Source of the DNA: Roseivirga sp.
Lineage (GTDB): Bacteria; Bacteroidota; Bacteroidia; Cytophagales; Cyclobacteriaceae
DNA length: 64,000 bases
Direction of reading: 5' to 3'
Assembly: GCA_018402485.1 (NCBI GenBank)
Contig: JAGYIY010000004.1
Location: 2,587 to 66,586, forward strand
The notes under the pieces: generated by a model
What the model saw: only the letters and a program-made list of their open reading frames with translations
Told to the model about the DNA's origin: nothing
The model's database searches: none
Program-made: the position numbers and the translations under genes
Shown here: positions 29,814 to 39,659 of the stretch, one piece after another
Position numbering within the stretch: position 1 is the stretch's first letter
Layout: each line of letters opens with the position of its first letter

Positions 29814-31145
29814 ATGTTTGAAAGTTTAAGTGGAAAGTTAGAAGGTGCTTTTAAAACCTTAAAAGGCCAAGGCAAAATCACCGAGGTGAATGTGGCGACT
29901 ACCGTCAAGGAAATCAGACGCGCCCTTATTGATGCGGATGTGAACTATAAGGTGGCCAAGGACGTCACAGATAAAATTAAAGAGGAAGCCTTAGGTAGGG
30001 ATGTATTGATTGCTGTCTCTCCTGGTCAATTGCTTACCAAAATTGTCAATGAAGAGTTGACAGCCATGATGGGGGGCAAGAAGGTGGATATGGAGGTGAA
30101 GGGCGATCCTGCTGTCATCCTAATATCAGGCCTACAAGGTTCGGGTAAAACCACTTTTTCTGGTAAACTTGCCCGTATGCTCAAGTCGCAAGGCCAGCAG
30201 GTGATGTTGACAGCTTGCGATATCTATCGTCCTGCAGCCATCGACCAATTGAAAGTATTGGGCGAGCAAATTGATGTAGAGGTATATGCCGAGCCCGAGA
30301 ATAAAAATGCAGTAGATATTGCTAATCACGCTATCAAACATGCGAAGCAAAATGGTAAAAAAGTAGTCATCATAGATACTGCCGGACGATTGGCGGTTGA
30401 TGAGCAGATGATGCAGGAGATTGAGGCCCTGAAAAAAGCACTCAATCCGTCAGAAACCCTTTTTGTGGTGGATTCCATGACCGGGCAAGATGCGGTGAAT
30501 ACGGCCAAAACATTCAATGAACGTTTAGATTTTGATGGGGTAGTCTTAACCAAACTAGACGGTGATACCCGTGGGGGAGCCGCCCTATCTATCCGTACGG
30601 TCGTTGATAAGCCCATTAAGTTTATTTCTACCGGAGAAAAAATGGAAGCCCTCGATGTCTTTCATCCCGACCGTATGGCCAACCGAATTTTGGGCATGGG
30701 CGATGTGGTGTCTTTGGTGGAGAAGGCGCAAGATTCTTTTGATGAGAAAGAGGCGCAAAAACTGAATAAAAAAATACGTCAGAATAAATTTGACTTCGAT
30801 GATTTTCTCTCCCAACTAGAGCAAATCAAAAAAATGGGCAACCTGAAAGACTTGATGGCAATGATTCCTGGAATGGGTAAAGCCATGAAGGGATTGGATG
30901 TGGATGATGATTCTTTCAAACCCATTGAAGCCATCATTCGTTCTATGACCAAGCTCGAGAGAGCCAATCCTGAATTGATCAATGGCAGCAGGCGCAAGCG
31001 CATAGCCACGGGTTCCGGTACTTCTGTTCAAGAAGTCAATAACTTGATGAAGCAGTTTGCAGATATGCGCAAAATGATGAAGATGATGAACAAAATGGGA
31101 GGGAAGAAAGCCATGCAAAGTTTGGCCAACCTTACTGGGAAATAA
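29814..31145 (+). CDS. ffh: Signal recognition particle protein
   Basis: GLQGSGKTT, DIYRPAA, DTAGR, TKLDGD, RILGMGD, Met-rich M domain. Confidence 0.97.
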   Translation: MFESLSGKLEGAFKTLKGQGKITEVNVATTVKEIRRALIDADVNYKVAKDVTDKIKEEALGRDVLIAVSPGQLLTKIVNEELTAMMGGKKVDMEVKGDPAVILISGLQGSGKTTFSGKLARMLKSQGQQVMLTACDIYRPAAIDQLKVLGEQIDVEVYAEPENKNAVDIANHAIKHAKQNGKKVVIIDTAGRLAVDEQMMQEIEALKKALNPSETLFVVDSMTGQDAVNTAKTFNERLDFDGVVLTKLDGDTRGGAALSIRTVVDKPIKFISTGEKMEALDVFHPDRMANRILGMGDVVSLVEKAQDSFDEKEAQKLNKKIRQNKFDFDDFLSQLEQIKKMGNLKDLMAMIPGMGKAMKGLDVDDDSFKPIEAIIRSMTKLERANPELINGSRRKRIATGSGTSVQEVNNLMKQFADMRKMMKMMNKMGGKKAMQSLANLTGK

Positions 31146-31215
31146 ATCTTCTTTTTGGTATATGTTTACCTCCTGGGGAGGTTCCTAAAATTTACGAACT
31201 AATAAAAATAATTTT

Positions 31216-31731
31216 ATGCTTTCTTCACAAATAGAAAAACAACTCAATAACCAAATTGAATCAGAAGCGGCTTCTTCGCAATATTATTTGGCCATGGCCT
31301 CATACGCAGAGGTGCAAGGTTACAATGGGGTGGCTAATTTTATGTACAAGCATTCTGATGAAGAAAGGCAACATATGCTCAAGCTCGTTAAATTTGTGAA
31401 TGAGCGAGGCGGACATGCCATTGTTCCTGCCTTGAAGCAACCTCCGGCTACTTTCAAAGATATTCCAACCATGTTTCAAAATCTGCTCGATCATGAGATT
31501 GCCATCACCCAAAAGATCAATGAATTGGTTTCTACTACTTTGGCAGAAAAGGATTATTCAACCCATAATTTCCTACAATGGTACGTCAGTGAGCAATTAG
31601 AAGAAGAAGCATTGGCTCGTACCATCATGGATAAACTCAAACTCATTGGCAACGATAATGGCGGACTCTATATGTTCGATAGAGATATCGCCGGTTTTAA
31701 AGTAACCTCAGCGAATGATGATTTAGGTTAA
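31216..31731 (+). CDS. ftnA: Non-heme ferritin
   Basis: Ferroxidase residues in QIESE, EERQH, EHE-like DHE, and FLQWYVSEQLEEE. Confidence 0.9.
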   Translation: MLSSQIEKQLNNQIESEAASSQYYLAMASYAEVQGYNGVANFMYKHSDEERQHMLKLVKFVNERGGHAIVPALKQPPATFKDIPTMFQNLLDHEIAITQKINELVSTTLAEKDYSTHNFLQWYVSEQLEEEALARTIMDKLKLIGNDNGGLYMFDRDIAGFKVTSANDDLG

Positions 31732-31751
31732 AAACGGTTTTTGAACTGGTG

Positions 31752-31784
31752 AAATAAAGGGCTCTCAGAGCCCTTTATTTTTTT
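31752..31784 (+). terminator. Rho-independent terminator after ferritin
   Basis: AAATAAAGGGCTC-tca-GAGCCCTTTATTT followed by a T tract. Confidence 0.85.
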
Positions 31785-31926
31785 GTGAAGCTTGCTCTGG
31801 TGGTGTTAAGAAATAACTAAATTCATCGTCTTCAATAAGCAGAGAGTTACTGCGGAATAAATTATTTTTTAATTTCTAATGCATCTTTTGCATTAATGAA
31901 TTAAGGAATAGTATATTGCTCATCAT

Positions 31927-34900
31927 ATGAAAACCAGCCGGCCCTTTCGTGTAGTCATAGTATTTTTGGTATTGGCTATCATTGGCGTGGCTTTTATTCC
32001 TAGTCTCAACGTTAACTTCACACCAACCTACCCGACACCCAGTCTAACGATTACCTATAGTCTGGCGAATGCTTCGCCCGATATTGTAGAGCGATTGGCA
32101 ACATCTCCACTGGAAAATGCCCTTTCACAGATTGAAGGAATTGATGAAATCACTTCCGTATCAAGGTATAATACAGGGCGCATTCAAATGGTTTTCGATA
32201 AAGATACCGACATGGATTTTCGCAAATTTGAAGTCAATGCGATTATCAGGAACATTTATAAAAAGTTACCCAACGACCTTTCTTACCCACAAGTAACGCA
32301 AAGCGGTGGCACCACCTCAAACAATCGACCTGCCGATAGCCCCATATTAACCTATGCTGTCAATGGTCCTTACGCCCCCTTCAAATTACAAGAAGATGCG
32401 GAAGAATACATTCGGAAACCATTGAGTCAAATCAATACCATAAAGGATGTACAAATTAACGGGGGTAACCCATTGCAAATTACGGTGGATTTTGATGTGC
32501 CTACTTTGGTGCGCTATCAACTTTCCAAGGCAGACATAACCCAATCTTTGAATTCACTCAACAATGCAGTTTATGCCGGATTGGCAAACTTGCCTTCAGG
32601 TCAAAAGTTCTTTTTACGCACCAGTAGCGAGTTGCCAGATCTTTCCTTGTTGGAGCAAACGGAAATTGCAAACCGGGATGGGAAAACCATTCAATTGAAA
32701 GATGTGGCGAAGCTCTATGTGGAGGAGCAAAAACCACGGAGTTACAGCCGGATCAACAGCAAAAATGCAGTGTATCTTAATATCTATACCCGAGAAGGGG
32801 TGAATAAGGTGGTGGAAGCAGAGAGAATCAGGAACATGATCAATAAGCTGTCTTCTACCTTGCCATCCGGTGTAGAAATCCGTTTGGAAAGAGACGATAC
32901 AGAATACCTGCAAAAGGAAATGGATAAAATTTACATGCGCACAGCCTTATCCATTGGTATTCTGATCCTCTTTATTTTTCTGATCAACCGAAATGTGCGC
33001 TATCTCTTTACTTTGTTTCTGGGCATTGTTGTCAATCTATGTATCACTGCCATCATTGTCTATGCCCTGGAGGTAGAGTTGCACATGTACAGCATTGCGG
33101 GGCTGACCATTTCCTTCGGCCTGATTGTAGACAATGCCATCGTTATGCTCGATCACATGCATAAAAAGAAAAACACCAAGATATTTTTGGCACTGATGGC
33201 CGCCTCTATCACTACCATCATGGCCTTACTGATCGTTTTGCTTTTGCCCGAAGAGGATCGGAGGAATCTCACCGACTTTTCCATAGTGGTTGCCATAAAT
33301 TTGGCGGTTTCTTTACTCATCGCCCTGTTTTTTACACCTGCCCTCTACCAATTGCTGTTCAAAGAAGAGATGTCTCGTTCGAAAAGCATTTCTATCAAAG
33401 GTCTACGCAGAAGGCTTTGGTTTTTTAGAGGATATGGTAAATTCATTGGTTTTTTGGTGCGCTATCGCAAAGCATTTATTGTGGTGGTTATTCTCGGTTT
33501 TGGCCTTCCGGTTTTTCAGTTGCCTTCAACTTGGGAGGGGCAAGATTGGTATAATGAAACCATTGGCAGCGATACTTATCAGGAAGATATTCGACCTGTA
33601 TCCGATAAAGTGTTGGGGGGAGCTTTGCGCAAATTTGTAAATGAAGTATATGAAGGGTACAGCTATCGTTCGCCTGAACAAACCAAGTTGTATGTTACTG
33701 CCAGCCTTCCATTTGGCACCACATTGAAAGATGCCAATTTTGTAATCAGTAAAGTAGAAGAGTACTTAGAAGGGGTCACAGGTCTCGATAAATACGTCAC
33801 CAATGTCAATAACCGCACCGCACGCATTGAAATTTCCTTTCAACCTGAATACGAAAACTCTGCTTTGCCCTATCAATTAAAAGGCAGGTTACAAGCACGT
33901 TCTATTGACCTAACGGGTGTTCGCTGGTCCATTTATGGTGTGGGAAGAGGTTTTTCTGCCGGAGGTGAATCTGGTCAAACGCCTAGTTTTCGTGTACGCA
34001 TGAAAGGCTATAACTATGATGAATTGGAGAAACAGGCCAATATTATGGCAGATAAGCTGTTGAAGCACAAAAGGGTGCAAGAAGTGGAAACCAACCAACA
34101 GATGGGGTATCAGCAGACGGTCATCAATGAATATGTTTTGAGTTTTGATGTGAACCGATTGGCAAGGGCCGGGATCAATCGGGGTACGATCATGCAGAAG
34201 CTGGGTGATTTGACAGATGCAGGAGCACCCTCCTTGAACGCCAATTACAATGGGCAACGATTGCCTGTTTACATCAAGGCCAGCAATGCGGAAGAATTTT
34301 CAAAATGGGATTTACTAGAAGAAGCTTTGCCCATAGATACGGGTAGGTTTGTGAAAATAAAGGATTATGCCAGCTTGAATTTTGAGCGAACCGCCAACGA
34401 GTTGCACAAAGAAGACCGTCAGTATTTGCGCATTGTGGGTTTTGATTACAGTGGTTCGGCTCGCTTTGGAAGAAAATACCTGGATGAAGTGCTGGAAGAA
34501 ATGAAGTTGGTCATGCCCGTGGGTTACACCGCAGAGGGCTCAAATGGTTTTTTCAATTTCAACAGAGAGAAGCGCCAGTATTCTTTACTGCTCTTTTTGA
34601 TGGTAGGAATATTTTTCATTTGCTCCATTTTGTTTGAAAACCTCAAACAGCCTTTCCACATCATTGTCACCATACCCATTTCTTTTATCGGGCTGTTTCT
34701 CATCTTCTCTTTGTTCGATTTCCGTTTCGATCAGGGAGGCTATGCGGCCTTTGTAATGTTAGGGGGCTTGGTGGTAAATGCTTCTATTTTTATCGTCAAC
34801 GACTTGAATAACCGTCAACTCAAAGCCTATAATCGTGCCGTATTACGTGCTGTAATGGGGAAAGCTCAGCCCATATTATTGACCATATTATCCACCTGTT

Positions 34901-35049
34901 TTGGTTTGATTCCCTTCTTACTCGAGGGCGATAGTGAAATTTTCTGGTTTGCTTTGGCCATAGGCACCATTGGCGGGCTTGTCTTTTCTACTGTAGCGGT
35001 GTTTGTTTGCCTTCCTGTTTTTTTAAGTCAAAAGAAAGTTCATGCCTAA
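31927..35049 (+). CDS. RND-family (AcrB/AcrD/AcrF-like) permease
   Basis: 1040 aa; TM1-large loop-5TM repeated twice; ASPDIVERLATSPLENALS; TM4 GLIVDNAIV; TM11 PILLT. Confidence 0.9.
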   Translation: MKTSRPFRVVIVFLVLAIIGVAFIPSLNVNFTPTYPTPSLTITYSLANASPDIVERLATSPLENALSQIEGIDEITSVSRYNTGRIQMVFDKDTDMDFRKFEVNAIIRNIYKKLPNDLSYPQVTQSGGTTSNNRPADSPILTYAVNGPYAPFKLQEDAEEYIRKPLSQINTIKDVQINGGNPLQITVDFDVPTLVRYQLSKADITQSLNSLNNAVYAGLANLPSGQKFFLRTSSELPDLSLLEQTEIANRDGKTIQLKDVAKLYVEEQKPRSYSRINSKNAVYLNIYTREGVNKVVEAERIRNMINKLSSTLPSGVEIRLERDDTEYLQKEMDKIYMRTALSIGILILFIFLINRNVRYLFTLFLGIVVNLCITAIIVYALEVELHMYSIAGLTISFGLIVDNAIVMLDHMHKKKNTKIFLALMAASITTIMALLIVLLLPEEDRRNLTDFSIVVAINLAVSLLIALFFTPALYQLLFKEEMSRSKSISIKGLRRRLWFFRGYGKFIGFLVRYRKAFIVVVILGFGLPVFQLPSTWEGQDWYNETIGSDTYQEDIRPVSDKVLGGALRKFVNEVYEGYSYRSPEQTKLYVTASLPFGTTLKDANFVISKVEEYLEGVTGLDKYVTNVNNRTARIEISFQPEYENSALPYQLKGRLQARSIDLTGVRWSIYGVGRGFSAGGESGQTPSFRVRMKGYNYDELEKQANIMADKLLKHKRVQEVETNQQMGYQQTVINEYVLSFDVNRLARAGINRGTIMQKLGDLTDAGAPSLNANYNGQRLPVYIKASNAEEFSKWDLLEEALPIDTGRFVKIKDYASLNFERTANELHKEDRQYLRIVGFDYSGSARFGRKYLDEVLEEMKLVMPVGYTAEGSNGFFNFNREKRQYSLLLFLMVGIFFICSILFENLKQPFHIIVTIPISFIGLFLIFSLFDFRFDQGGYAAFVMLGGLVVNASIFIVNDLNNRQLKAYNRAVLRAVMGKAQPILLTILSTCFGLIPFLLEGDSEIFWFALAIGTIGGLVFSTVAVFVCLPVFLSQKKVHA

Positions 35050-35076
35050 TCAAGAACCATCCTCAAACGTAGTATT

Positions 35077-36246
35077 ATGAAATCATTGATCCATTCAACT
35101 TATTTATTCGGATTCATTAGTCTGTTTATTTTTTCTGCTTGTACCGGAAGTGTAGAGCAAAAAGAAGAAAGCCCCGCGGACGCTTTTGCCTTTCGTTCAT
35201 ACCAAATGAACTTGAATGCGCCCCAGGTTAAACTTTCTGAGTTGATTGACGAGATACATATCGTTCAATTGGAGGAAACTGACGCTTCTTTACTGGGAGG
35301 AGTATCGAATGTTAAGCTTCACGAGGATTTTATTTATTTTTCTCAGTTGCAAGATAATGCCCTATACTTTTTTTCAGACCAAGGTAAATTCATTAACAAG
35401 ATCAATCGCCAAGGGGAGGGGCCTGAAGAATATCAAGCTTTAGGCGCGTACTGGATGAGTGGCGATACCGTTAAGGTTTTCGATAGACCCAAGAACAAGA
35501 TACTTTCATATAACTTGAGTGGTGATTTTTTAGCTTCTCAATCCTTGCCACGGGCCGCAGCTCATGTTTTGCCTACCCAAACAGGTTATTGGTTAGACAT
35601 CAGCCATCGCCTCGTTCCAGATTCAGCACAATTTGAAATTGTTCACCTGAATAAAAACATGGAATCACCAGAATCTCACCTACCTGCCAACTCTACTTTT
35701 GGACCAACCTTAATGACTAGCAATAACAATTTCAAGCGGCTCGGTGAAAAGGTACTGTACAAACATAATTTTAAAGACACCTTGTATGCTGTGCAGGATG
35801 ATAAAGTTGACCCTTTTATTCATTTCGATTTCGGAAATGAATACCTCTGGTCAGACAAGGATTTACGGACGAATATCAATGCTGCTTTTGAGGCCATGCA
35901 GAAAGCCGGGAAAGTATGGCTGTTCCAACCCTATGTAGGTGAAAAGCACATATTCTTGTCTTATACTAGTGACTTTGAGAGTCAAAAATTAATGGTGATC
36001 GATCGAGAGACGGGTAACATGGTAAGGATTGACAATGAAAGCAGTGAGGGTGAGCCGCTGTTAATCGCTCCAAACTCTTGGGATGGTGAATCCTTCTTAA
36101 TGATTTTGAGCTCTTTGGATTTGGCAGGGCTTCTTGAACCCCTCGATCCTGCGCAGTATAGTTTTGAAGAAGGAAGTAGCTTGGAGGGTATTGAGTCATC
36201 CGAAAACCCGGCATTGGTTTGGGTGAAATTTAAAATGCCCAATTAG
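35077..36246 (+). CDS. 6-bladed beta-propeller lipoprotein (DUF5128-like)
   Basis: Lipobox IFSAC22; QLEETDASLLG; GKFINKINRQGEGPEEY; C-terminal ENPALVWVKFK. Confidence 0.8.
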   Translation: MKSLIHSTYLFGFISLFIFSACTGSVEQKEESPADAFAFRSYQMNLNAPQVKLSELIDEIHIVQLEETDASLLGGVSNVKLHEDFIYFSQLQDNALYFFSDQGKFINKINRQGEGPEEYQALGAYWMSGDTVKVFDRPKNKILSYNLSGDFLASQSLPRAAAHVLPTQTGYWLDISHRLVPDSAQFEIVHLNKNMESPESHLPANSTFGPTLMTSNNNFKRLGEKVLYKHNFKDTLYAVQDDKVDPFIHFDFGNEYLWSDKDLRTNINAAFEAMQKAGKVWLFQPYVGEKHIFLSYTSDFESQKLMVIDRETGNMVRIDNESSEGEPLLIAPNSWDGESFLMILSSLDLAGLLEPLDPAQYSFEEGSSLEGIESSENPALVWVKFKMPN

Positions 36247-36377
36247 CAGCCCTGTCAACCATCCAAACTCGTGTTAAAGTTTCGCTATTTCATTTTCACA
36301 CCATGCTGTGAATAAATGTAATAATGTCCTAGGCCAAAGTTGTATACCAACCTGATTTTGAAAGTAGTTACGCTGAA

Positions 36378-37235
36378 TTATGAGGTTAAATCATCTTGTA
36401 ATTCTTCTTTTCCCTTCACCATTTCCGCTTCCTTTTCATTTTCAGTATTCATCAAAAAGGCATTGATGCGTTTTCGTATTTCAGGAATGGAAAGGTTGCT
36501 GAACAAATAACCATTGCGTGCCAAAGACATTTGTCCGGTTTCTTCCGAAACGGTCAGCACTAAGGTATCCGTAGCTTCAGACATGCCCAAAGCGGCTCGA
36601 TGCCGCATGCCGTATTGGGCAGGTAAATCACGTTCTGTTACAGGTAATATACAACGTGCTGCCAAGATTTTGCTTTCATAAATGATGATGGCTCCATCGT
36701 GTAAGGGGCTGTATTTATTAAATATGGAAATCAAAAGCCGTTTGGAAAGTGTAGCATCCAGTTGATCTCCTGAATCAGCATAAAATTTTAATTCTGAATT
36801 CTTAGAGAAAACCATCAGCGCTCCGGTATTGGTTCCTGAAAGGGTTTTGGCTGCTTCAATGATGGGCGTGATGTTCAAACCTTCCTTCTTGGTTTTCCTG
36901 CGCCAGACCATAATAGAATTGAAAATCTCATTTTGACGGAACGTATTTTTACCCAATAGCAGTAAGAATTTCCGAATTTCCTGAGAAAAAATAATGATGG
37001 CCGCCAAAACACCTACACCCATAAATTGACCTAAAATGCCGGCTAATAATTCCATGTTGAAGGCCCGTACAATCAGGTACACCAAATATAAAATCAAAAA
37101 GCCGATCAAAACCCTTACAGCCACACTACCTCGCAGGAGTTTATATACTTGGTAGAGCAAAACACTCACCAGCAGGATATCGAGAATATCTATCCAGCGA
37201 ATGTCTAAAAAGCCTATTTTAAAAAGATAGATCAA
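36378..37235 (-). CDS. cdaA: Diadenylate cyclase
   Basis: Three N-terminal TM helices; DAC motifs PLHDGA and GMRHRAA; VSEETG. Confidence 0.92.
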   Translation of the reverse strand: MIYLFKIGFLDIRWIDILDILLVSVLLYQVYKLLRGSVAVRVLIGFLILYLVYLIVRAFNMELLAGILGQFMGVGVLAAIIIFSQEIRKFLLLLGKNTFRQNEIFNSIMVWRRKTKKEGLNITPIIEAAKTLSGTNTGALMVFSKNSELKFYADSGDQLDATLSKRLLISIFNKYSPLHDGAIIIYESKILAARCILPVTERDLPAQYGMRHRAALGMSEATDTLVLTVSEETGQMSLARNGYLFSNLSIPEIRKRINAFLMNTENEKEAEMVKGKEELQDDLTS

Positions 37236-38089
37236 CGTTTTAAAGCTTTAAAAAGTGTGAGTACCTCTTGGGCAGCTGCCACATCGTGTACCCTTAAAAT
37301 TTGGGCTCCATTGAGTAAAGCAGCCATGTGCAGAGCACTTGTGCCATTTAGGGCTTCCTCCGGTGCAATGTTTAAGGTTTTGTAAATCATTGACTTTCTG
37401 GATACCCCTACCAACAACGGGAAACCTAATCTCTTAAAATAACCTAAATTATTGAGGATGTCATAGTTCTGAGGGATAGATTTTGCAAAACCTATTCCGG
37501 GATCTACGATGACATCTTTTACACCGACATTTTTTAACTTTTCTACTTGACTTTGAAGCTCTCGACAAATGTCGGGAAGTAGTGCATCATATTGGTTGAG
37601 TGATTGCATGGTTTGTGGTGTGCCTCGCATGTGCATCAACACATAAGGCACCTTTAAACGACCTACTGTAGCAAACATGTGCTCATCCAATAGGCCACCC
37701 GAAACATCGTTTACCAAATGGGCACCTGCGTCTACTGCAGCTTCTGCCACCTCCGAACGAAAAGTATCTACCGATATCAGCGCTTCCGGAAATTCCTTGG
37801 TTAGGCTTTCAATAGCCGGTACTACACGTTGCTTTTCTTCAGCAACAGAAATATCGCTTGCCCCCGGACGAGTAGAATAACCACCAACATCTAAAAATGT
37901 AGCACCCTCTTGTAGCATTTGCTCGGCTCGATGTAACCATTGGCTTTCTTCAGATACCCGACTGCCCACGTAAAAAGAATCAGGCGTAAGGTTCAAAATG
38001 CCCATCAACCTCGGTTCTTCTAAAGAAAGCAGCCTTCCTTGAATATTCAATGTGTTTTTCGTTTCAAAAAACTTATCTTTCGTGCTCAA
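37232..38089 (-). CDS. folP: Dihydropteroate synthase
   Basis: MGILNLTPDSF, DVGGYSTRPG, DPGIGF, GVSRKS, ILRVHDV. Confidence 0.96.
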   Translation of the reverse strand: MSTKDKFFETKNTLNIQGRLLSLEEPRLMGILNLTPDSFYVGSRVSEESQWLHRAEQMLQEGATFLDVGGYSTRPGASDISVAEEKQRVVPAIESLTKEFPEALISVDTFRSEVAEAAVDAGAHLVNDVSGGLLDEHMFATVGRLKVPYVLMHMRGTPQTMQSLNQYDALLPDICRELQSQVEKLKNVGVKDVIVDPGIGFAKSIPQNYDILNNLGYFKRLGFPLLVGVSRKSMIYKTLNIAPEEALNGTSALHMAALLNGAQILRVHDVAAAQEVLTLFKALKR

Positions 38090-38118
38090 TTGATGTGTAA
38101 TTTTAACTAAAGCTCCCC

Positions 38119-38667
38119 TTGGAAAACCAAACGATAGGCGAATATAAAGAAGTTATTAAGGCCTGTAAAGACATTTTTTTGAAGAAAACAAAAGACTACG
38201 GCACAGCCTGGCGGGTTTTGCGCTTACCCTCCATTACAGACCAGATATTCATCAAGGCCCAGCGCATTCGTTCCATTCAAGAAAAAGGAACGCAAAAGGT
38301 GCAAGATGATATTTCAGGAGAGTTCATTGGCATCATCAATTATTGCGTCATCGCTTTGATGCAGATGGACTTGGGGGAAGCAGAAGGAATGGAGCTATCG
38401 GTGGAACAGATCGAGCCATTGTACGACCAACACATCGAAAACACCCTCAAGCTGCTAACGGATAAAAATCACGACTATGGCGAGGCCTGGCGCGAAATGC
38501 GTGTCAGTTCCATTACCGATATTATTTTAATGAAATTGATGCGTGTAAAACAAATTGAAGACAACCTTGGTGCCACGCTCATTTCTGAGGGAGTAGATGC
38601 CAATTACATGGACATGATCAATTACGCGGTCTTTTGTATGATATTAATGAAATCCGAAACAACATGA
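38119..38667 (+). CDS. DUF1599 domain protein (two tandem repeats)
   Basis: Duplicated KxxDYGxAWR...S.TD.I..K..R...I.....INY motif; TTG start. Confidence 0.85.
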   Translation: MENQTIGEYKEVIKACKDIFLKKTKDYGTAWRVLRLPSITDQIFIKAQRIRSIQEKGTQKVQDDISGEFIGIINYCVIALMQMDLGEAEGMELSVEQIEPLYDQHIENTLKLLTDKNHDYGEAWREMRVSSITDIILMKLMRVKQIEDNLGATLISEGVDANYMDMINYAVFCMILMKSETT

Positions 38668-39659
38668 AAATACTGAACCCCATAGCCCGCTATCTGGTGG
38701 GTGCCTTGTTTATTTTTTCGGGTCTGATTAAGGTAAATGATCCCGTGGGTACTCAAATCAAACTCGAGGAATACTTCACCGTCTTTGCGGTAGATATTGC
38801 TCCTTTTTTTGAGTCCCTTAAACCTTTAGCCTTGTTTTTCTCCATTCTGCTTTCCACCTTGGAAGTGGTATTGGGCATTGCCATTCTCTTAAAATACCGC
38901 GAAAAACTGGTGACTACTTTGTTGTTGGTCATGATCGTGTTCTTCACCTTTTTGACCTTTTACAGTGCCTATTTTAACAAGGTAACCGACTGCGGCTGCT
39001 TTGGGGATGCCATCAAGCTCACGCCTTGGGAGTCCTTTACCAAAGACCTTATTTTATTGGTATTGATTGGTATTTTATTCTTGGGCAGAAAACAGTTTGG
39101 ACAAAAAGAACAGGGTTGGCAAAAGTCCATAGGGGTGGGGTTCACCACCGTGTTTTGCCTTACCGTGGCCTACTTATCCATCAACCATTTGCCCTTTATA
39201 GATTTTCGGGCTTACAAAGCAGGAACCAGCATTCCGGAAGCCAGTAGGCCTCCCGCAGATGATCCCAACGAAGTACCGAAAATTACGAATTACGCCATTT
39301 GGGGAGATCAATCTGATTTCACAGAGGCTTCGCTCACGGGTAAAAAAATATTGGTGGTGGTGCACGATGTAGAGCATACGGAAGAGCGTGCGTACCCCAT
39401 GCTCAACAGCCTATTAAGTGCATTAGGTAATGACGTAGGCATAGCAGCCATCACCGCTACCGATGGAGCAACTTTCCGTAATTTTTCTCAAAGGGTAGGG
39501 ATGAATGTTCCTTTTTATTACTCCGATAAAACACTATTGAAAACCATGATTCGCTCTAACCCGGGTCTGGTATTGATGCAAGATGGTGTTATCATTGAAA
39601 AATGGCACTATAATGATATTCCGGGAGCCACAGAACTTTTGCAAGCATTGAGACCATGA
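38664..39659 (+). CDS. DoxX/MauE-like membrane protein (BT_3928 family)
   Basis: FIFSGLIKVNDP, DCGCFGDA, HLPFIDFRAYK, KTMIRSNPG; ATGA overlap with the DUF1599 gene. Confidence 0.8.
   Translation: MKILNPIARYLVGALFIFSGLIKVNDPVGTQIKLEEYFTVFAVDIAPFFESLKPLALFFSILLSTLEVVLGIAILLKYREKLVTTLLLVMIVFFTFLTFYSAYFNKVTDCGCFGDAIKLTPWESFTKDLILLVLIGILFLGRKQFGQKEQGWQKSIGVGFTTVFCLTVAYLSINHLPFIDFRAYKAGTSIPEASRPPADDPNEVPKITNYAIWGDQSDFTEASLTGKKILVVVHDVEHTEERAYPMLNSLLSALGNDVGIAAITATDGATFRNFSQRVGMNVPFYYSDKTLLKTMIRSNPGLVLMQDGVIIEKWHYNDIPGATELLQALRP

Noticed and set aside
31163-31180. Small hairpin ACCTCC-tgg-GGAGGT between ffh and ferritin
   Set aside because: 6-bp stem with no convincing U tract; cannot be called a terminator or an iron-responsive element.
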